Assembly: GCA_003169895.1 (NCBI GenBank)
Contig: PNAE01000004.1
Location: 74,487 to 138,486 of the forward strand
Source of the DNA: Gemmatimonadota bacterium
GTDB lineage: Bacteria; Gemmatimonadota; Gemmatimonadetes; Gemmatimonadales; GWC2-71-9
DNA: 64,000 bases
Direction: 5' to 3'
Positions 57,916 through 64,000 of this stretch are shown piece by piece. Made by a program: the position numbers and the translations under genes. The notes under the pieces are model-generated. The model did not search any database. It was given only the letters and a program-made list of their open reading frames with translations, and was not told where the DNA came from. Numbering within the stretch: the stretch's first letter is position 1; each line of letters opens with the position of its first letter.

Positions 57916-58815
57916 GTGCCGGAGGTGCTGCAGTCATTCATCGATCCCAGGGTCCTCGGCCAGATCGGCGACCTGTCGCTGCTCGCGCGGACCGTCGTCA
58001 ACGGGTTCGTTCACGGCTTGCACCGCTCGTTGCGTGCCGGCGTCTCGGTGGATTTCGCCGAACACCGGCCGTACCAGCCGGGCGACGACCTGCGGCGCGT
58101 CGACTGGCGCGTCTACGGCCGCACCGACCGGTTCTACCTGAAGACCTATGAGGCCGACACCAACGCCGACGTGATCTTTGCCCTCGATGCGTCCGCGTCA
58201 ATGGATTTTGGCACCGGGTCCGTGACGAAATTCGACTATGCCCGTTTTCTCATCGCGTCGCTCGCGTGGCTGGCCCAGCGGCAGGGCGATCGCGTCGGCC
58301 TGGTCACCGTTGCCGGCGAGATCCTCGACATCGTGCCACCGTCCACTCGGCACCTGCAGCTCGTGCTGCACACCCTGGGGCGAGCGAAGGCGAAGGGTGC
58401 GGGCCAGATACCGGTGATGCTGGAACGTGTCGCGCAACTGCGCGGCCGCTCGGGCATGGTGGTGCTGGTGTCCGATTGTTACGAGGAGCCGACGGTGTTG
58501 CGGCGTGCGCTGGCGGGAATACGGGCGCGCGGTAACGACGTCCTCGTGTTTCACGTCATCGATGCTGCTGAACGAGACCTGCCGTGGACCGCGCCCGGCA
58601 ACTTCGAGGATTCCGAATCCGGGGTCCGCATGCCGTTGCGTCCCGACGACTTGCGGCAGCAATACCGGCAGATCTTCGACGCCCATCGCGCCGACCTGCT
58701 GCGCGAGCTGAGCCGGGAGAACATCGACTATACGGCGGTGGAGACCGACCAGCCACTCGACGCTGCCCTGCGAACCTTCCTCGACTTGCGCCTGATGGGC
58801 AGCAGGGCACGCTGA
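57916..58815 (+). CDS. DUF58-domain protein (vWA-like, MoxR partner)
   Basis: GTG 57916. FAEHRPYQPGDDLRRVDWRVYGRTDRFYLKTYE is the DUF58 signature; LDASASM is also present. Confidence 0.88.
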   Translation: MPEVLQSFIDPRVLGQIGDLSLLARTVVNGFVHGLHRSLRAGVSVDFAEHRPYQPGDDLRRVDWRVYGRTDRFYLKTYEADTNADVIFALDASASMDFGTGSVTKFDYARFLIASLAWLAQRQGDRVGLVTVAGEILDIVPPSTRHLQLVLHTLGRAKAKGAGQIPVMLERVAQLRGRSGMVVLVSDCYEEPTVLRRALAGIRARGNDVLVFHVIDAAERDLPWTAPGNFEDSESGVRMPLRPDDLRQQYRQIFDAHRADLLRELSRENIDYTAVETDQPLDAALRTFLDLRLMGSRAR

Positions 58816-60893
58816 TGCCGGTGGTCTTCCTGGTTCCGGCGATCCTTGCCGGACTTGCCGCGATCATCGTACCGATCCTGCTGCACCTGCGCCGGCGCGA
58901 GCGCGAGCGACCGATGCGGTTCCCTTCATTGATGTTCCTGCAGCGCGTCACCATCACTACGGCACGCCGGCGGCGGATTACCGACTGGCCGCTGCTGGTC
59001 GTTCGTGCGACGATCATCGCGCTGGCAGTCCTCGCGTTTGCGCGGCCGGTGGTGCGGCCGACGCCAGGTGCCGAGCCCGCAGCGGGAGCCCGGCGGGTTG
59101 TCGTGCTGCTCGACCGCTCGATGAGCATGGGGCATCAGGCGATCTGGCCCGCGGCAAGAGATTCGGTCCGCGCGATCATCGCCGGATTCGCTCCCGGCGA
59201 TCGCGTGGCGCTGGTCGCGTTCGACGACGAAGCGACCGTTGAGCAGGCCCTCACGCTGGATCACGCCGCAGCGCTTGCGGCGGTCGATCGCGTGCATCCT
59301 GGCAGCCGGGGCACGCGATTCGGCGCCGGCATACGCGCCGCGCGGGAGGTGCTGGCCACGGAAGCCGATGTCAGCGGCGGCGAAATCCTAGTGGTAACCG
59401 ACCTGCAGCGGAACGGCTCGGCCGGGATTCCGGGACTCTCGCTGCCACCCAACGTGCACCTACGTGCGATTAACGCGGCTCCCGAGCGCCATGGCAACAC
59501 CGCGGTCACAGGCATCGAAGTGCAGCGACTCCCTGGTGGTGGCGACACACCGAATCGCCTGGCGGTGTCGGCGCAGATCGCGACTCGCATGCTCGCCGCA
59601 CCGCGCAAGGTGCGGGTGACACTCACGGCGAACGGCCGGATCGGCGCGAGACGTGACGCGATGTTGCCCGCCGATGGCAGCGCGACGGTCACGTTCGATC
59701 CGGTGCCATTGCCGGTGGGCGTCGTTCGGGTGGTGGTGACGGTGGACCAGGATTCGCTGCCCGCCGACGACGTCTTCAACGGCGTGGTGCCGGCGGAGCT
59801 CACGCGCCGAGTGATTCTAGCGGTGCCGCCCGATCTCGCCCCGGACGAAACGCTGTACCTCGAGCGGGCGCTGGAGGCTGGGCGCGATCCGGCGTTGCGG
59901 ATCGAACGACGCAATTCCGGCGCGCTCGACGCAACGACGCTTCGCGATGCGGTGGCCGTCCTGCTGTATGATGTGCCGTTGCCATCGGGTTCGAGCGGTG
60001 TCGCGCTCGCCGCATGGGTGCATGACGGCGGTGGCCTGGTGAACATCGCCGGGCGGCGCATGGCGAACCGAATCTCCGCCGCCGGCATCCTGCCGGGCTC
60101 CGTGCACGGCATGGTGGACCGCACCGGCGATCGCGGTGGCGTGCTCGGCGTGACGTCGCTGGAGCACCCGATCTTTGCACCGCTGCGCGGCAGCGACGGC
60201 GGCCCGCTCGGTCGAACGCGCTGGTTCCGGTATCCGAGAATTACGCCCCGCGCTGATGCCCAGATCGTGGCCCGTTTTGACGACGGTCTTCCGGCGCTGG
60301 TCGAGCGCCAGGAAGGTGCCGGCCGAGTATTGCTGACGGCGATGCCGCTTGATGCGACATCGGGCGATTTTCCCATGCAGCCCACATACCTTCCGTTGGT
60401 CCGCGGATTGGTGCTCTACGCGGCTGGCAGCGCCGCGGTGCCGCTGTGGCAGGCTGCGGGAGATGGCTGGTTGCTTCCGGCCGCCGCGCGCAATCCGGTG
60501 GTGAAGGCCCCGTCCGGGAAGCTGCTGCGGCCCGACGTTGGACGCGCCGTCAATGCGATCACGCTGGATGAGGCCGGATTCTACACCATCTATGAAGGAC
60601 GGCCGTCCGGCGATCCGCTCGCGATCGTGGCAGTGAACCCGCCGGCTCCGGAATCTGACCTGACCCCGATGGACGCCAGGGAGATGCTGATCGGTGTGGG
60701 ACAGGACACGGTGAACGCATCTGCGTTGACGCTTGTCTCCCTGGCCGAGACGGAGCGGCGGCAGCGAATCTGGCGAACGCTGTTGTTGCTCGCCGCGGCG
60801 GCGGCTGCCGCGGAGACGGTCATGTCGAGTCGCGGCTGGCGCGGCACCGCGGCGAGAATCGTTGGCACGGCACCGGGAGGGAGCGCGTCGTGA
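58815..60893 (+). CDS. BatA-N-terminal-domain / vWA-domain membrane protein
   Basis: ATG 58815 (TGATG overlap) gives MPVVFLVPAILAGLAAIIVPILLHL (aerotolerance-regulator N-terminal domain). vWA MIDAS motif LLDRSMSM. C-terminal TM helix. Confidence 0.85.
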   Translation: MPVVFLVPAILAGLAAIIVPILLHLRRRERERPMRFPSLMFLQRVTITTARRRRITDWPLLVVRATIIALAVLAFARPVVRPTPGAEPAAGARRVVVLLDRSMSMGHQAIWPAARDSVRAIIAGFAPGDRVALVAFDDEATVEQALTLDHAAALAAVDRVHPGSRGTRFGAGIRAAREVLATEADVSGGEILVVTDLQRNGSAGIPGLSLPPNVHLRAINAAPERHGNTAVTGIEVQRLPGGGDTPNRLAVSAQIATRMLAAPRKVRVTLTANGRIGARRDAMLPADGSATVTFDPVPLPVGVVRVVVTVDQDSLPADDVFNGVVPAELTRRVILAVPPDLAPDETLYLERALEAGRDPALRIERRNSGALDATTLRDAVAVLLYDVPLPSGSSGVALAAWVHDGGGLVNIAGRRMANRISAAGILPGSVHGMVDRTGDRGGVLGVTSLEHPIFAPLRGSDGGPLGRTRWFRYPRITPRADAQIVARFDDGLPALVERQEGAGRVLLTAMPLDATSGDFPMQPTYLPLVRGLVLYAAGSAAVPLWQAAGDGWLLPAAARNPVVKAPSGKLLRPDVGRAVNAITLDEAGFYTIYEGRPSGDPLAIVAVNPPAPESDLTPMDAREMLIGVGQDTVNASALTLVSLAETERRQRIWRTLLLLAAAAAAAETVMSSRGWRGTAARIVGTAPGGSAS

Positions 60894-63800
60894 CCGACTC
60901 AGCCACGACCTCGATCGACCGTGACGCCGAATTGCGCGAGGCGGTGGCGGCGATCCGGGGCCGGTGGCGCCGCGGCCGGCTTCTCGACGGCGCACCGGTG
61001 GTCGTCGCGGCGGCGATCATGGCGCTGCTGATCGGGCTGGCATTACGGTCCGCGCTGGGGTCGCCCGCCGCGATCATTGCATCGACCAGGCTCGTGGGGT
61101 ACCTGCTCCTTGCGTTCGTCGCGATCCGGTTCATCGTGATCCCGGCGCTGCGCCGCGCGAGCGACGAGCAGATCGCGCTCTACGTCGAGGAGCAGGCACC
61201 TGAGCTGCGTCAACTGTTCGTCAGCGCAGTGTACGAGCTGCACGAGCCGGTCGCCGCAGGCTCTTCTCCCGGGCTCAAGCAGCGGGTGATGCAGCGGGCA
61301 CTCGACGAGATCCAGCGATTGGAGCGGGGTGCGGTGATCGAGCGCCCCAGGACTCGGCGCGCGCTGGCGCGGCTCGGCGCATTGACGCTGTGTGGCGCGT
61401 TGCTCGTGGCGCTGGGGCCCGCGGCGGTCCGGGACATGGCGCGCGTACTCTTCGTGCCGTGGTCGCGCGCCGCGGCGGCCACGCGGCCCAGCCTGTCGGT
61501 CTCCCCGGGGAATGTCAGCGTTCCGCGCGGCGCGGCGCTCGATGTCCGGGCCGATTATCGAGGGCTCGCCGACCAGGGCGCGGAGATTCTGATTCGCGCC
61601 GACAGCGCCGACGCCTGGACCCGGATCCCGATGGTCCGCGATTCAACCGGCGGCGGGCACGTCGCCCGCGTGTTCGATATCAACCAGAATACGTTGTATT
61701 ACGTCGAAGCCGGCGGCATGCGATCGCCGCAGTATCGCATCACGGTCACCGATCTCCCCACCGTGAGGCAGCTGGTGCTCGAACTGCACTACCCGGCCTA
61801 TACCGGTTTGCCGCCGCGGAAGATCGACAACGGTGGGGATGTCGTGGCTGTCACCGGCACGAGCGCGGTGCTCAGCATCACGCCAACGCTGCCGGTGACC
61901 GCCGGGTCACTGCACTTCGACGATGGCACGACCCGGCCGCTCACGCCGGGCGTCGACGGCCGCCTCACCGGTTCATTCCACGTCATGCACGACGGCTTCT
62001 ACCGCGTCGATCTGGTGGCACCCGACGGCACGAAGGTCCCCGGCACGGTGCAGCACTCGGTGGAAGCGCTGGCCGATCATCCGCCGCAGATCCGCATCGA
62101 CAAGCCGGGCCGCGATACCCGCGTGACGTCGGTCGAGGAGGTGCCGGTGGCGGTCCGCGCCTCGGATGACTACGGCGTGCGCGACGTCCAGCTGCACTTC
62201 TCGGTGAACGGTGGTCCCGACCGCGTCGTGATACTCACCGACAGCACCCGCCGGGGCAGCATCGACTTCAGCGCGCTGCACACGCTGTTCCTCGAAGAGT
62301 TGTCGCTGCACGCCGGCGACCTGGTCGCGTACCATGCGACGGCGCGCGACGGCGCGGGCAACACCGCGTCGAGTGACATCTACTTCATGGAGGTGCGCCC
62401 GTTCGGTCGCGACTATCGCGCCGCGGACGACAACGGTGGCGGCGGCGGTGGCGGTGGCGTCAATAACCCGGGGCAGTTCACCCAACGGCAGCGTGAACTG
62501 ATCGCCGGCACCTTCAATTGGCGGCGCGACAGCGCTCGAACGTCTGACCGCGATCGGCGCGCCAATGCGACAATGCTCGCGATCGCCCAGGGCAAGCTGC
62601 ACAGCGACGTCGGGGCCCAGGCCAGCCAGATGGCGGCTCGCGGAATTGCGCGCGAGGACACCGGGTTCGCGGCGGTGCAGGCTGAGCTGGACAGCGCCGC
62701 GCGGGAAATGCAGCCCGCCGAAGACGGGCTCGGCCGCCACGCCATGGGCGACGCCATTCCTGCCGAGGAGCGCGCGCTGCAGCACTTGCAGGCGGCCGAC
62801 GAATCCTTCCGCGACATCACGGTCCGCCGGCAGAGTGGCGGTGGTGGTGGTGGTGGCGCCGGCGGTGGCCGTAGCGAGGATCTTGCCGATCTCTTCGAGC
62901 TGCAGACCGACAAGCTGAAGAACCAGTACGAGGCGCCGCGCAGAGAGGCGTCGAACGCGGCGCAGCAGGCACTGGACTCGACTCAGGAGAAGCTCAAGGA
63001 ACTGGCTGCCCGCCAGCAGCAGGAGAACGAGCGGCAGCAACGCATGGCCGAAGCGCTGCAACAGCGGATGGGGCAGCAGGGCGGCGGACAGCAGGCGCAA
63101 CAAGGTGGGCAGGTGCCGCGCGCCGCCGCCGGCGGTGGCGCGACCGGCAGCTCGCAACGCGACCTGGCCCGCCAGACGGAGGAGCAGGCACGACAGCTCG
63201 AGAAGTTGTCGCGGGAGCGGAATTCGCCCGAACTGGCCGACGCCGCGCGGCGACTCCAGGAAGCCGCTGACGCGATGCGACAGGCAGCGGCGGGGTCGTC
63301 GCCGCAGGGAAATGCCGCTCTGGATCGGCTGCGCCAGGCATCACAGCACGTCGAAGGCGCGCAGGCCGCGGCGCAGGGTCAGGAGATCCAGGAACTCGCA
63401 CGGCGCGCCGGCGAACTCGGGCAACAGCAGCAGCAGATCGCCGCGGACGTGGCCGGACTGCAAGCCATGACGCCGGCGGAACAGGATCGGCGTGCCAACA
63501 GCCTCGTACAGCGCAAGGACGCGCTCGCCAACGCGGTACGGCAGCTTGGTGCCGACGCGCAACGCGTCGCGCAGGAAACGCGGCGCGATCAACCGGCTGC
63601 CGCCGCTGCGGCACAAACAGCAGCCGATGAGATTCGCGACCGTCGCGTGATCGAGCAGATCGATGCGTCGAAACGGATCATGCGCAACGGCACGCCGGAG
63701 TATTCGCGCAGCCTCGAGGGCGTGATCGGCGAAACGCTCGACAGCGTGGCCCACCGCCTCGCGAACGCAGCCGGCAGCATCGGTGCGCGCCGCGGACAGC

Positions 63801-64000
63801 AGCAGACCCTGGCGCTCGACCGGACGCGTGACCTGGTGCGCGATCTGGAATCGTTGCGGGACCGCACCACGGCAGCGGCGGATCAGGGCACGCAATCTGG
63901 GCAACCCGGGCAACGAGAACAGGCGCAACAGGGCCGCGGCCAGCCGGGCCAGGGCCAACCGCGCGGACAGGCTGGTCAACGCGGGCAACCGGAACCAGGA
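60890..64000 (+). CDS. large membrane-anchored coiled-coil protein (DUF4175-like), 3'-truncated by the window end
   Basis: I translated this frame by hand and it is open from GTG 60890 (GTGA overlap) to base 64000; it is absent from the track because no stop is reached. It has two N-terminal TM helices, Ig-like beta regions, two poly-Gly runs and a long Gln/Ala/Arg-rich coiled coil. The family name is tentative. Confidence 0.8.
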   Translation, partial: MTDSATTSIDRDAELREAVAAIRGRWRRGRLLDGAPVVVAAAIMALLIGLALRSALGSPAAIIASTRLVGYLLLAFVAIRFIVIPALRRASDEQIALYVEEQAPELRQLFVSAVYELHEPVAAGSSPGLKQRVMQRALDEIQRLERGAVIERPRTRRALARLGALTLCGALLVALGPAAVRDMARVLFVPWSRAAAATRPSLSVSPGNVSVPRGAALDVRADYRGLADQGAEILIRADSADAWTRIPMVRDSTGGGHVARVFDINQNTLYYVEAGGMRSPQYRITVTDLPTVRQLVLELHYPAYTGLPPRKIDNGGDVVAVTGTSAVLSITPTLPVTAGSLHFDDGTTRPLTPGVDGRLTGSFHVMHDGFYRVDLVAPDGTKVPGTVQHSVEALADHPPQIRIDKPGRDTRVTSVEEVPVAVRASDDYGVRDVQLHFSVNGGPDRVVILTDSTRRGSIDFSALHTLFLEELSLHAGDLVAYHATARDGAGNTASSDIYFMEVRPFGRDYRAADDNGGGGGGGGVNNPGQFTQRQRELIAGTFNWRRDSARTSDRDRRANATMLAIAQGKLHSDVGAQASQMAARGIAREDTGFAAVQAELDSAAREMQPAEDGLGRHAMGDAIPAEERALQHLQAADESFRDITVRRQSGGGGGGGAGGGRSEDLADLFELQTDKLKNQYEAPRREASNAAQQALDSTQEKLKELAARQQQENERQQRMAEALQQRMGQQGGGQQAQQGGQVPRAAAGGGATGSSQRDLARQTEEQARQLEKLSRERNSPELADAARRLQEAADAMRQAAAGSSPQGNAALDRLRQASQHVEGAQAAAQGQEIQELARRAGELGQQQQQIAADVAGLQAMTPAEQDRRANSLVQRKDALANAVRQLGADAQRVAQETRRDQPAAAAAAQTAADEIRDRRVIEQIDASKRIMRNGTPEYSRSLEGVIGETLDSVAHRLANAAGSIGARRGQQQTLALDRTRDLVRDLESLRDRTTAAADQGTQSGQPGQREQAQQGRGQPGQGQPRGQAGQRGQPEPG

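Noticed and set aside
62437-62868. GGY/GGC microsatellites as non-coding repeats or phase-variation switches
   Set aside because: Both runs are in frame within the long open reading frame and simply encode poly-Gly linkers. Their lengths are multiples of three, and I see no evidence of frameshift-type switching.

Overview
This window is 64 kb of a very GC-rich (about 70%) bacterial chromosome that is almost fully coding. I call 48 protein genes (two cut by the window edges), one gene remnant, three tRNAs (Ser-GCT, Ser-TGA, Met/CAT), two palindromic repeat elements and two candidate regulatory sites. Gene content points to a Gemmatimonadota/Acidobacteriota-like soil bacterium, which is inference only: a PadR + ADOP duplicated-permease pair, a DUF2723 GT-C protein, a MoxR/DUF58/BatA/DUF4175 cluster and imuA-imuB-dnaE2. 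Most of the window is housekeeping: gltX, valS, thrS, purH, purN, gmhB, glyA, rpiB, eno, ftsB, thiL, nnr, and a thiolase/Hbd/Leu-dehydrogenase set. These genes sit in long co-directional strings joined by ATGA/GTGA/TGATG start-stop overlaps. The ORF track needs care. It uses the most upstream ATG/GTG/TTG, so many starts are over-extended. It contains many long antisense ORFs, as expected at this GC content. It also omits an open-ended ORF running from 60890 to the window end. The items most worth a second look are: (1) a RadC-like JAB domain with an intact JAMM motif fused to an Fe-S DinG helicase; (2) an accessory-looking 4.6 kb patch next to tRNA-Met, holding a QueC-like PP-loop protein, an acyltransferase/SGNH gene remnant, a tandem-domain lipoprotein and a lower-GC B12-radical SAM gene; (3) a seven-gene, translationally coupled MoxR/vWA (Bat-like) cluster that also encodes a caspase/C13-like protein lacking the catalytic Cys and a TPR-gluzincin; (4) a 110-nt palindrome built from heptad repeats; (5) regulatory-looking palindromes at the imuA and PadR promoters, plus a REP-like hairpin covering the dnaE2 start. 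All family assignments come from motif reading by eye; no database search was run.
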